From Candidatus Helarchaeota archaeon (GTDB taxonomy: Archaea > Asgardarchaeota > Lokiarchaeia > Helarchaeales > RDOG01), in contig JAHPZH010000002.1 of assembly GCA_019058315.1 (NCBI GenBank), forward strand, positions 941,910 through 1,005,909: 64,000 bases of DNA, written 5' to 3'. How positions within the stretch are numbered: position 1 is the stretch's first letter; the number at the start of each line of letters is the position of its first letter. The translations under genes were made by a program, and so were the position numbers. This document shows positions 8,919 through 19,011 of the stretch, piece after piece. The notes below the pieces were generated by a model, which saw nothing but the letters and a program-made list of their open reading frames with translations, ran no database searches and was not told where the DNA came from.

Positions 8919-11900
8919 TTATATGTTAAGGAAAATTTCATTAACTAAATTTTCGGTATCTTTAAAAATACCCACATTTCCAGCGAATTTCTCTAAATCA
9001 ACCTCAAATTCTTTTTCAAATTTTAATAACATCTCCTTTTGCCTCTCTATGATTAATTTGTTTGGCAATCCTGAGGTAATGAGTGCGATCACTGTATATT
9101 TTCCGTCTTGAATGCCTATTTCGAAATGTTGGTATGATAATTTTTGCATCCCTGTTTCTTTGGCTTCCGCACCTAATTCCATACCAAAACTTCGAATTGC
9201 TGTCAGAAATCCACCAATTAAATCAGAATCTAAGGCGGTTTCAGCGAAATTATAGTTATACATGTTCACTCCGCTTGATTTATTAATCAACATCAAAGCA
9301 AATAAGATCATTCTAGCATATTGTTCATTCATTTTATTTAATTGCCCTCTTAACTGGTTATTTCCTGTTTGGATATTTCTTTTTGTTTGCTCATCTGCTC
9401 CTGGAGATTCAAAATAATTTTTAGTATTACTCTCTAAAAGAATGATTATAGCGTCCATGCAAGTCAATATATCATATTGTAAATTTAGATATGTACGATT
9501 CCAAATTTCATCTTCTGTAATCTTTTCTAGATCAGCAATCCACTTATTAAATATCTCTGTAAATATTTTTGTGACTTGTAAATCAGGAAAATACGAATTT
9601 GATTTTATATGTAATTCTTTTAAAATCAGTAAAATATTATCAATTGGTGCTTTTTCTATACATAAATTATTCAATTCCGAAAGTCTTTGAGTAAATTCGA
9701 ATGCATTATAAACCTTGCTGGTTATTACATCCATGGTAGTAGAGATTTTTCTGGAATATTTAATTGCTAGATTAATAAGATTCTTAATATAGGCTAAAAA
9801 TCCGGTAGCTTGTTTTATATCTTCTAAATAAATATCAATTACAATATAGTCTTGTATTATAATAAGCTCAATAATTATGAGATCTCCACCAACCTTAGCC
9901 ACCCCTGAATATGTAATATGGAATTTTTCCTCTTCTTCTTCTACCTTTGTTACATCTAAAGATGAGATTTGCTCTTTTGCTATTCGATATGCATTAGGTT
10001 TAGTCAAACCTTCAAAATTTATTTCACTATGACTTCTCTGGAGTGTCTGCATTAAGGAAATTAAATTCGATGAACTAAGTTTTTTAGGTTGGACAAGGGG
10101 ACATTTAATTTGAACAACATTTGGGGTAATTTCCATAGAAATTAACTCACTTTTAGCTGTTTTGTAACTTACTTTTCCATGAATTCGTGATTTTCCACAA
10201 GTTAATGGGGTTAAGATGAAATCTGTTCCTATTGATTCTCCTGGTTCCAAGATATCAATAGTATTTATTGGTGTATCTATTTCATATTGCTGTTTTTTAA
10301 TTTCCAATGAAACTAAAATATCTCTTATTATTCTATCAGAGGTGTTTTCGACAACTATTTTATACCTAATAGCTCCTCCGACATAATCATAAGCTCTTCT
10401 TATTACAAGATCTTCTTTTAATATTTTAATAGGTTTTTTGGTTGGTTGAATAACCTTGATTTCTCCTTTTTGTTTCCTAGCTGCGTAAAGAACTATCGCA
10501 ACGATAACAACTGAGCCAATCATTATAATTAGAATAATGATAAAAATAATATCACTCTCAGGAAAGAAAAAAAGAGGTAATGATTTCGGAGGGTCGGATC
10601 TAGGAGGCTCATCTTCTGAAACTAACTCTATATAAGCCGAACTCTCTATATATATTATTTCCCAATCACTTCCCCACTCGCCATTTGTATCATCATCCCA
10701 TACTACATGAATATTTCCATTTTCATCTGTAATAATGCAAGGATTCTTACTATCTCCATCATTCCATCCAATAAAATCCGAAATGCAAGTGGCATTAGAC
10801 CACCCTGCAGTTGTATAATTTATATACATAATTTCCCAGTCAGTTCCCCACTCTCCAGTTGTCCAATCCTGCCAAACGACATGAATGTTATCGTCATTAT
10901 CCGCAGCGATGCTTGGATAATTGCTCTCATTGTTATTCCAACCATATATATCTGAAATACAAGATACATTCGACCAACCCATAGATGTATAATTAGCATA
11001 CATAATTTCAGTGTCCGTCCCCCATTCACCATTTGTATCATCCTGCCAAACAACATGTAAATTTCCGTCAACATCTGTGATAATTCTGGAAAAATTACTA
11101 TAAGCATCATTCCAATCCCATATTCCTCCATATCCATCTGAAATTACGGTTACATTTGACCAACCTTTCGCAGTATAATTCACATACATTATTTCTTGAT
11201 CTATTCCCCATTGACCATTTGTTTCATCCTGCCAAACTACATGAATATTACCATTATTATCAATTGCGATCGAAGGATCTGAACTCTCGCCAGTATTCCA
11301 CCCCCAAACTCCCCCATATCCATCTGAAATCACAGTTGCATTCGACCAACCCTCAGCAGCTGTATAATTCGCATACATGATCTCAATATCAGATCCCCAC
11401 TCCCCAATTGTCCAATCATCCCAAGTCACATGAATATTACCGTTATCATCAACGGCAATACTAGAGTGATAACTATTACCATCATTCCATCCGGTGTAAT
11501 CGTCCGAAATTACCGTTGCATTTGACCAACCTTCAGCTGTATAATTAGCATACATAATTTCAACATCTGTTCCCCAAGCACCTACAGTTTCATCGTGCCA
11601 AACAACGTGGACATTTCCAAATTTGTCCGTAGTGATGCTCGGTTCACAACTAGCTTTATCATTCCATCCTAAATAATCATCAGAAATGATGGTCACGTTT
11701 GACCAGCCTGTAGTCATAGTATAATTAACATACATAATTTCTGAATCAGTTCCCCAAGATCCATTCGTATTATCTTGCCAGACGACGTGAATAATGCCAT
11801 TACTATCTGCGGCAACGCTTGAACAACAGCTAGTACCACTGTTCCAACCCCAAAACTCTTTATAACCATCCGAAATTACGGTTGCACTTTTCCATGTGTT

Positions 11901-13385
11901 AGTTAAATTATTTCTTATCCGTTGTATATAAATATCGTAATCTGAATTTCTATAATCATTCCAGCTTACTATTGCTCCTCCCATTTGGTCGCTAACAATA
12001 CTTGGAGCATAAAGGGAAACTCGTTCAGTACATACTGGAATTCCATCAGCTGTGAAATTGACTTGTCCTTCTCCATTAACTTGTTGTAAAAAAATAGATG
12101 TGTTAGTATATCTCTGATCTCCCCAAGTAATAAAAGCTCCCCCATTTTGGTCTGAACAGATTCGAGGGTAAAATTGAGTTGAACTCTCATTACAAATCAA
12201 AATCCCATTTGTAGTCCAATTTATTGTCCCAGTGGAATTTATACGTTGTGCATAGATATCAAAATCACCAAATCTATTATCATACCAACAAATAATAGCC
12301 CCTTCATAACTATCATCACAAATTCTAGGAGAATATTGGCTATTTCCATAACTACATATAAGAGTTCCATTATTATTCCATTTTATATAACCCGTTGAAT
12401 TAATTTTTTGTGTATAAATATCCTTAATCGAATCTCTAAAATCAAGCCAACTGAATATTGCACCTCCATTTTTATCGCTGCATATGTCAACACTGTATTG
12501 ATCTTCAAATTCTGTACAAATTTCCACTCCATTATCTTTCCATAACATAAATCCACTAGAATTAATCCTCTGGGCATATAAATCTTTGCCAGCTACAAGC
12601 CCATTTCTATTATCTTCCCAGACAATAATTGCTCCCCCATCCCCATCTTCGACTATTTTAGGAAGAGCATGATAACTAATATTACATATCGCAGTGCCAT
12701 TGTCAAGCCATTGAGTATATCCGCTGGAATTAATTCTTTGCGCATAAATGCCAGGGGGTCCATCTCTCTCATCTGCCCAAGTTATGATGGCACCTCCCTC
12801 TCCATCGCTACAAATAGAAGGTATCTGCTGGTGTAAAGCTAGGTTACAAATAGGAGTCCCATTTGGTATCCATTGAATATTACCCCTTGAATCAATCTTT
12901 TGTGCATAAATATCGTCACTTCCTGTCCTATTATCTTGCCATGTAATAATTGCACCTCTATTGCCATCACTGACGATTTTAGGGAGGCTCTGATATGCAT
13001 CTGAAGTACATATTGGTTTTCCATCAAGTGTCCATAAAAGAACTCCTCCCGCACTTATTCTCTGAGCATAAATATTGGAATCTGAGGCACTAACTCTATC
13101 ATCCCGCCAAGTAACTATTGCTCCTCCTACTCCATCTGGACATAGAGCGGAATCCATTTGATTATTAATTTCAGTGCAAATAGGCGTTCCGTTATTATAC
13201 CACTTTATTTTATATATTGTTGAAAGAAATTCCAATTTTTTATCATTTGGAATAGAAATACCGTTTTTACCAGGATTATAAATTGGTAAGGGTGAATTTA
13301 CTGATGAAATAAATAAAAAGAACGGGATAAATACCAAAATTATTAAAATAAAAAAATACCACTTTGGGAGATCTTTTTTTTTCAT
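8919..13385 (-). CDS. Large single-pass membrane protein: extracellular beta-propeller repeats, TM, Ig/appendage-like domain, C-terminal longin-like domain
   Basis: Signal/TM N-terminus; repeats DGxGGAIxxWxDxR...DIYAQRI; second repeat class PSIAxDxxGNIHVVWQD; TM IIFIIILIIMIGSVVIVAIVLY; C-terminal SGVNMY...DSDLIGGFLTAIRSFG...FEKEF. Confidence 0.85.
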   Translation of the reverse strand: MKKKDLPKWYFFILIILVFIPFFLFISSVNSPLPIYNPGKNGISIPNDKKLEFLSTIYKIKWYNNGTPICTEINNQMDSALCPDGVGGAIVTWRDDRVSASDSNIYAQRISAGGVLLWTLDGKPICTSDAYQSLPKIVSDGNRGAIITWQDNRTGSDDIYAQKIDSRGNIQWIPNGTPICNLALHQQIPSICSDGEGGAIITWADERDGPPGIYAQRINSSGYTQWLDNGTAICNISYHALPKIVEDGDGGAIIVWEDNRNGLVAGKDLYAQRINSSGFMLWKDNGVEICTEFEDQYSVDICSDKNGGAIFSWLDFRDSIKDIYTQKINSTGYIKWNNNGTLICSYGNSQYSPRICDDSYEGAIICWYDNRFGDFDIYAQRINSTGTINWTTNGILICNESSTQFYPRICSDQNGGAFITWGDQRYTNTSIFLQQVNGEGQVNFTADGIPVCTERVSLYAPSIVSDQMGGAIVSWNDYRNSDYDIYIQRIRNNLTNTWKSATVISDGYKEFWGWNSGTSCCSSVAADSNGIIHVVWQDNTNGSWGTDSEIMYVNYTMTTGWSNVTIISDDYLGWNDKASCEPSITTDKFGNVHVVWHDETVGAWGTDVEIMYANYTAEGWSNATVISDDYTGWNDGNSYHSSIAVDDNGNIHVTWDDWTIGEWGSDIEIMYANYTAAEGWSNATVISDGYGGVWGWNTGESSDPSIAIDNNGNIHVVWQDETNGQWGIDQEIMYVNYTAKGWSNVTVISDGYGGIWDWNDAYSNFSRIITDVDGNLHVVWQDDTNGEWGTDTEIMYANYTSMGWSNVSCISDIYGWNNNESNYPSIAADNDDNIHVVWQDWTTGEWGTDWEIMYINYTTAGWSNATCISDFIGWNDGDSKNPCIITDENGNIHVVWDDDTNGEWGSDWEIIYIESSAYIELVSEDEPPRSDPPKSLPLFFFPESDIIFIIILIIMIGSVVIVAIVLYAARKQKGEIKVIQPTKKPIKILKEDLVIRRAYDYVGGAIRYKIVVENTSDRIIRDILVSLEIKKQQYEIDTPINTIDILEPGESIGTDFILTPLTCGKSRIHGKVSYKTAKSELISMEITPNVVQIKCPLVQPKKLSSSNLISLMQTLQRSHSEINFEGLTKPNAYRIAKEQISSLDVTKVEEEEEKFHITYSGVAKVGGDLIIIELIIIQDYIVIDIYLEDIKQATGFLAYIKNLINLAIKYSRKISTTMDVITSKVYNAFEFTQRLSELNNLCIEKAPIDNILLILKELHIKSNSYFPDLQVTKIFTEIFNKWIADLEKITEDEIWNRTYLNLQYDILTCMDAIIILLESNTKNYFESPGADEQTKRNIQTGNNQLRGQLNKMNEQYARMILFALMLINKSSGVNMYNYNFAETALDSDLIGGFLTAIRSFGMELGAEAKETGMQKLSYQHFEIGIQDGKYTVIALITSGLPNKLIIERQKEMLLKFEKEFEVDLEKFAGNVGIFKDTENLVNEIFLNI

Positions 13386-13648
13386 TATAATTCACTAAAA
13401 TTTTTAAATTTTTATGTTAAAATTACTAATTACTACGAATTAATGTCATTTGAAATGAATATATTTTTTAAAAATCACATACAATAAGAATATATATTTG
13501 ATTTTAGAGGTAAGTCAATTTTTTCTAAACTCTTTTCTATTTGTCAAAGTCTCCTTTTTTTTCTATTTCTTCCATAATTATTACCTCAAATTATGGAATA
13601 TTGACTTCTTTAAAACTAATCTTTTCCTTTTTTACCTAAAGAATTGCA

Positions 13649-14138
13649 GAATGCCCCTGCCTTCAGCGGGGGATGCAAGCAACAACGAAGTCAAAATTAT
13701 TTTAGTTATCAATTAGTCTTTAGTGGTTTAAATAGATTGAACAAGCTAGAGTAGGTGATGAAGAAATATAGGGCAATCAAGGTAAGGTTGTATCCCAATA
13801 GAGAAGAGAGAGCATTATTAGATCAGACCTTTGGCTGTTGTCGATTCATCTATAATAAGATGTTGGAGGAGAGGATTAGGGTGTATAAGGAGTTAAAGGA
13901 GGATAAGGATACTCTTTATGCCCATAAATATAAAACAGAGAGGGAGTATAAAGGACAGTTTCCGTTTTTAAAGGATGTTGATGCAAAAGCATTGCAATCT
14001 GAGTGGAGACATCTAAAATCAGCCTATGACAATTTCTTCAGGAATTTTAAGAAGGGTATAAAGAAGGGGTTTCCGAGATTTAAGTCTAAGAAGTCTAAGC
14101 AGTCCTATACAACATTTAATAGTAATAACAACTTGTAA
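13649..14138 (+). mobile_element. IS200/IS605-family remnant: left-end hairpin plus 5' part of tnpB
   Basis: GC-rich hairpin CCCCTGC-CTTCA-GCGGGGG at 13654-13672, upstream of a truncated tnpB; no right end or tnpA seen. Confidence 0.75.
13755..14138 (+). pseudogene. tnpB: Truncated TnpB (N-terminal 127 aa; RuvC and Zn ribbon missing)
   Basis: AIKVRLYPN..LDQTFGCCRFIYNKML..FPFLKDVDAKALQ..AYDNFF..GFPRFKSKK..QSYTT, then stop. Confidence 0.88.
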
Positions 14139-14139
14139 A

Positions 14140-14379
14140 ATGGACATCAATGATAATAGCATCGATATAATCATATGTTTCGATGTGTTTCATGCCTTCG
14201 GAGCGAAAGAAGAAAGTATCTTAAAAGAATTTAGCCGAGTATTAAACAAAAATGGGTTTTTGTTAATAAATGACCATCATTACAAAGAGGATGAACTAGT
14301 ATCTAAAGTTTTGAGCCATAAAATCTTTGCTTTGAAAAGGAAAAAAGAAGACTTTTATTTTTTTTTAACTAATGACTAA
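14140..14379 (+). pseudogene. C-terminal fragment of a class I SAM methyltransferase
   Basis: DNSIDIIICFDVFH..LKEFSRVLNKNGFLLI; the GxGxG motif I half is absent; abuts the truncated tnpB. Confidence 0.7.
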
Positions 14380-14458
14380 TATGGACAATACATCGTTGCT
14401 GGAAAGCGAAAAGAAATATTGTAATTCTGAATTATTGTGTGTCTATAGAATTAATTCT

Positions 14459-14486
14459 ATACCCAATTTCAGACTTAACTGCGATT
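14459..14486 (+). repeat. 28-bp putative recombination site, copy 3
   Basis: Exact consensus. Confidence 0.9.
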
Positions 14487-14603
14487 AGATTAATTTAAAA
14501 GACCTATCTTAAAAATATTAACTTATTATAAAAAATATTTTACTTGAAGTTGATATAAAGATAAGAGATAACAAAGAATTTTAGAATTTATGAAGGTGAT
14601 GTT

Positions 14604-15707
14604 ATGATCCCTCTTTTCCCGATAAACTCGATATTTATGGTTTTGGGGCTCATCTCAGTCTTTTCATCAGCAATTGCTGCAATTTTAACCTTGCATCAAT
14701 TTATGTTGACTAAAAATCGTTTAAATCTTTATACCTCATTAGGATGGATATTTTGGCTATTTTTTCTTTTAACCTTTACATTATCTGGTTATTTTTCAAT
14801 TTTCAACCAAGATATTGCGATTATTTTAATGCAAATAAGTATGACTATATCTGTTGCTATAACATTTAGTATGACATTAGCCTTTGATACCATGTCCCGG
14901 GAATCTGCAGATCCCATTAAATTAATCATAATTTCTTTTGTTTCCGCAGCACTTATCATATTTAGTATGACTCCGGGTTCATTGCATTATGAATTTTCTT
15001 CTGGGGTAATATTTTTTTATTGTAATGAGGTATTTATTTTATCATTTTTTATTTTAATGGGGTTTTTATCTTATATACACATTTTTTATAATGCAAAAAT
15101 TCTTTGGGTTGCTCCTAATAACTTAAAATTTCCAGCATTCATGGAGCTCCTAGGTGTGATATTCCTTGCACCAGGGGCATTAATAACACTAGTACTTGGC
15201 ACTAATTTAATTATTTCTGGGATTTCTTTTTTATTTATAGGGTTAGGTACTCTCCCGGTTGCGATAGTATTTGCTAAGTATTCGAAACTGTCCTACATAC
15301 TTCCTTTCAAGGCTTTACGTTTAACGATCATCGAGACTAATAGTGGAATTGCAATCTTCAATCATGTGTGGAATAAATTGGATGATTTGGTGGATGAGCA
15401 GCTTTTTTCAGGCATGTTGCAGGCTATATCTCAAATTTTAAATGAATCTCTTAAAAGGGGAAACGTACAAGAGATAAGGATGGATCGAGCCGTCTTATTC
15501 GTGAAAAGGCTCCCTTCCAATCCCATAGCATGTATTCTGGCTTCCACAAAATCGTCGAGTTCTCTTCAACATGCTTTGGATTCTTTTTCCGATCACTTCA
15601 GCAAAGATTTTGCTCTTTTTTTTGATAATCCACACATGATAGATAACTTCGATAGTGCCAAAAAACTTGTGGAGATCTATTTTCCATTCATCCCTGAGTA
15701 TGATTGA
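14604..15707 (+). CDS. 7TM membrane protein with C-terminal longin-like domain
   Basis: About 7 hydrophobic segments, then SGIAIFNHVW..DEQLFSGMLQAISQ..F..DF; paralog of 19012..20100. Confidence 0.8.
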   Translation: MIPLFPINSIFMVLGLISVFSSAIAAILTLHQFMLTKNRLNLYTSLGWIFWLFFLLTFTLSGYFSIFNQDIAIILMQISMTISVAITFSMTLAFDTMSRESADPIKLIIISFVSAALIIFSMTPGSLHYEFSSGVIFFYCNEVFILSFFILMGFLSYIHIFYNAKILWVAPNNLKFPAFMELLGVIFLAPGALITLVLGTNLIISGISFLFIGLGTLPVAIVFAKYSKLSYILPFKALRLTIIETNSGIAIFNHVWNKLDDLVDEQLFSGMLQAISQILNESLKRGNVQEIRMDRAVLFVKRLPSNPIACILASTKSSSSLQHALDSFSDHFSKDFALFFDNPHMIDNFDSAKKLVEIYFPFIPEYD

Positions 15708-15720
15708 GATTTGTATTATT

Positions 15721-15748
15721 ATATCTAATTTCAGACTTAACTGCGATT
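15721..15748 (+). repeat. 28-bp putative recombination site, copy 4
   Basis: ATATCTAATTTCAGACTTAACTGCGATT (2 mismatches). Confidence 0.88.
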
Positions 15749-16115
15749 ATAAGACTATGAATATTAAAAAAAGGGATAATTATAAGATTATTTTCGTTTT
15801 TTAATCAAAAATATTGTTTTTATAACTGCTACTATGAATGTCTAAAAAATTTCTATTCTAATAAAAAAAAAGATAAAATTTTGAAGGGTATTATCGCTTT
15901 TTAAGATAAATAAAAATTCCGACTGCTACTCTAATTCCTATTTTAGTTTTCTCAACGATATGATTGGGGCTAATTACATATCTTTATAAATAGGAGTAAT
16001 ACTCATTTTTTATAAGTGATTACAATTGTTTCGTATTACTAGAAGAAACGTCTTAACTGTAGTCATGATATTGATTCATAAGGAGATAAGCTGAAATACG
16101 TAGAGGTGATAATTA

Positions 16116-16790
16116 ATGAGCAAAATATTAGATTTTTGGATGAAAATTTGGTTATACATAATGGCTGCTGGTGGCATATTATTAATCGTACTGGTGGTTG
16201 TATTTTGGAATCAGTTTGATTTGGCAACCCTTTTGGTGTATTTTACTTGGATAGGTCTAGTGCTCCACGTGATGGAGGAATGGCGTTTTCCTGGGGGCTT
16301 CCATTATATCTATAATCTCATGAAAAAATCAGAAAACACAGATCGTTATCCCATGAACAGGGTATCTGACATGTTAACTAATTTCGGGGCTTTAATATTT
16401 GGCTTTGGGAGCATCATCATCGGTGTAAACCCCATAATAGCAATTTCTTTGTTCCTTTTTTGTGGCGTCGAAGTTCTAGCTCATACTGGCATCGGAATTT
16501 ATTCGAACAAATTACTCAATACCCAAGGAAAGAAAATTATCTACAATCCAGGGTTTCTAACAAGCTATCTAGTATTTTTACCTGTCTCAATTGGGTTCAT
16601 TTACATTTTTGCAACAGGAATATTACAAACAGTTTTTACTGATTGGTTGTTGGGTCTGGTTTTGATTGGCGGTATAGGATTTCTTTTAATTTTCCTCCCA
16701 GAAAGGATGTTACGAAACAAAAACTCGCCTTATCCCTTCACCGGGAAATATGAATTTGGATATTATAAGAAATTTATTGAGTTTAAATGA
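16116..16790 (+). CDS. HXXEE-domain membrane protein
   Basis: LHVMEEWRFPGGF and YNPGFLTS motifs; multiple TM segments. Confidence 0.85.
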   Translation: MSKILDFWMKIWLYIMAAGGILLIVLVVVFWNQFDLATLLVYFTWIGLVLHVMEEWRFPGGFHYIYNLMKKSENTDRYPMNRVSDMLTNFGALIFGFGSIIIGVNPIIAISLFLFCGVEVLAHTGIGIYSNKLLNTQGKKIIYNPGFLTSYLVFLPVSIGFIYIFATGILQTVFTDWLLGLVLIGGIGFLLIFLPERMLRNKNSPYPFTGKYEFGYYKKFIEFK

Positions 16791-16889
16791 ATATGGATTA
16801 TTATCAATTTCGATTTTTTTAACTCAATTACCAATATATCAATATTTTAAATTTAATGCTGTATATACTACTTCATCCCCAAAAAAAAG

Positions 16890-17633
16890 ATGAAAAACAT
16901 GAATTCAGATGAATCATTTATTTATTTAATATCGCATACTCAATCTATAATTTTGATAGCTTTAGTTGTATGCTTACTTTTTATAAGCATTAAAACTAAA
17001 TTGACTCATGTGGACAAATTTAGACAAAATTTTGTAGCTGGAATTTTTATTTATTTTGCCTCTGCAATGACTGTAATAATACTGTCAATTTGGCTTCTAT
17101 ATATTCTTCCTGAACCAATTTATAACTTGTTGGATATTTCTACAATAATAGGTGTAATTATAGCATATTTTTTAATCATTCGCGGACTTTTTATATTAAA
17201 TAGCTATCTTTCTTCATTAATCGATTATAATGAGCAGAATTATAAGAGAATTTCTATAATTATTGCTTTTCTTGCATCAGGAACTATCTTTATTACAAAT
17301 TTAATTATTTTAAAATTTGATCCTGCAAATATGGGGCTCATAATTCCTTTTTTCGGTCTGGGTATAGGGCAATTTTTTATATTCATCTATTGCTTCTTTT
17401 TACACAGAGAAATAAAAGTTCTTAAGATTAATATGATGGCTTACTTCGGGACAGGTTTTATGTTCCTTACTGTTCACCTTTCCCTCTCAACTTTATATAA
17501 TCTCGGAATAATTCCATATATAATTTGGTTTAGTATAATACTTGGTTTATGTAACAATTTAATGATTATCTTCTTAATTCTTGGTTACTTGAATTTTAAA
17601 AACCGAATAGACAAGATTAGCAGTGCTAATTGA
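16890..17633 (+). CDS. Multi-pass (about 7 TM) membrane protein
   Basis: 247-aa hydrophobic ORF. Confidence 0.7.
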   Translation: MKNMNSDESFIYLISHTQSIILIALVVCLLFISIKTKLTHVDKFRQNFVAGIFIYFASAMTVIILSIWLLYILPEPIYNLLDISTIIGVIIAYFLIIRGLFILNSYLSSLIDYNEQNYKRISIIIAFLASGTIFITNLIILKFDPANMGLIIPFFGLGIGQFFIFIYCFFLHREIKVLKINMMAYFGTGFMFLTVHLSLSTLYNLGIIPYIIWFSIILGLCNNLMIIFLILGYLNFKNRIDKISSAN

Positions 17634-17642
17634 AATTGATAG

Positions 17643-17807
17643 AGTGAGAACTTTCTAGATTTATTATTTTCTCCAATTGGGATAGTAATGATTGTAGGAA
17701 TTGTGGAAGCAATCATAGTAATTATGTTATTAATTAAGAACAATAGAAACCTAAATGAACGTTTACAAAAAGTCGAAAGACAAATTTCTGCTAAGAAAAC
17801 ATTTTGA
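17643..17807 (+). pseudogene. Orphan C-terminal membrane anchor of a surface protein
   Basis: SENFLDLLFSPIGIVMIVGIVEAIIVIMLLIKNNR...KKTF*; resembles FLDKLFDP+TM of 55996..57894; N-terminal part absent. Confidence 0.5.
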
Positions 17808-17962
17808 TTTTCTCTCACATGAAAAGCGAAATGATCCAACTAGATAACTTCTGTACGGAATATCTCATGGTAATTTGACATAAAAAATATAAATTTATTA
17901 AAATCACTGAAAAACAATAAAACCCTAAGTTCTAATATAAAAATTTTAATAATATAGCAAAA

Positions 17963-18931
17963 TTAGTCCATATTTTGTTCCATTTTCTGTTTAATTTCTT
18001 CTAGGGTTGTAATAGCGTCTTTAAATTGAGGGTCAATAGCGAGAGCCATATTAAGAAATTTAATAGCTTCTTGAAATTTTTTAAGACTTGAAAATACGAG
18101 TCCCAGAGCATACCACGCATTTTTATTTTTTGGATTTATTTCAACTGCTTTCTTATAACATTCTAATTCTTTTTGATAATTTCCTAAACAGGCATATCCA
18201 ACTCCTAAAAAATACCAAGACTCACTATCTTGAGGGAGAATATTGACTTTTTCTTTAAAACATTCCAAGGCTTTTTGATAATTACCTAGCTTTCCGTAAG
18301 CGAGTCCCATATTATGCCAAGCATCATTATCTTTAGGTGTAATTGCCACAGCTTTTTCGTAATTTTCAACTGCTTTTTGATAATTAGCAAGTTGAAAATA
18401 AGTAAATCCCAGATTATAAAATGCATCACTATATTCAGGATTAATTTCTACTGCTTTCTCATAGTATTCTATAGCTTTTTGATATTTTTCTAAATTTCCG
18501 TACTCCTTACCCATGTCGTACCAAGCTTTACTATTTTGAGGATTAATTCCTACTGCTTTTTCATAACATTCTATAGCTTTTTGATAATTTCCTAATTTAC
18601 CATATGCTAATCCCATGAAATGCCAAGCCCCATCGTCTTGAGGGTCTATTTTTACCACTTTTTCATAACAATTAATTGCTTTATGATGATTTCCCATATC
18701 ATAAAATGTGACACCCATATTGAACCATGCATCAATATATTGAGGATCAACACCAATAGCTTTTTCGTAATGTTCAATAGCCTTTAAATAATTTCCTAAA
18801 TTATAATATGCAAGCCCCATGATATACCATACAACACGATCTTGCTGGTCTATTTTGATTACTTTCTGGTAATATTCAATTCCTTTCAAAAATTCTCCGT
18901 TCTTAATTGATGTACGCCCCTTGTTTTTCAA
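17963..18931 (-). CDS. Tetratricopeptide-repeat protein
   Basis: About nine 34-aa TPRs (W..MG.AY..LGNY.KAIE.YEKAV.I.P). Frame extends to an ACG at 18967 after an SD-like AGGTAA. Confidence 0.92.
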   Translation of the reverse strand: MKNKGRTSIKNGEFLKGIEYYQKVIKIDQQDRVVWYIMGLAYYNLGNYLKAIEHYEKAIGVDPQYIDAWFNMGVTFYDMGNHHKAINCYEKVVKIDPQDDGAWHFMGLAYGKLGNYQKAIECYEKAVGINPQNSKAWYDMGKEYGNLEKYQKAIEYYEKAVEINPEYSDAFYNLGFTYFQLANYQKAVENYEKAVAITPKDNDAWHNMGLAYGKLGNYQKALECFKEKVNILPQDSESWYFLGVGYACLGNYQKELECYKKAVEINPKNKNAWYALGLVFSSLKKFQEAIKFLNMALAIDPQFKDAITTLEEIKQKMEQNMD

Positions 18932-19011
18932 TTCTAATAAAAGATCTACAGTGTTTTCTTTCGACGTTTTGATTACCTATTTTTCTTTAGAAACTAAAAA
19001 TAAATAATGAT

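Noticed and set aside
13498-13716. 72-aa ORF upstream of tnpB
   Set aside because: Low-complexity Phe-rich frame crossing the IS end; not tnpA.
16052-16067. Possible decayed right arm CTTAACTGTAGTCATG (also TAACTGC at 15823)
   Set aside because: Too short and degenerate to call by eye; needs PWM scoring.
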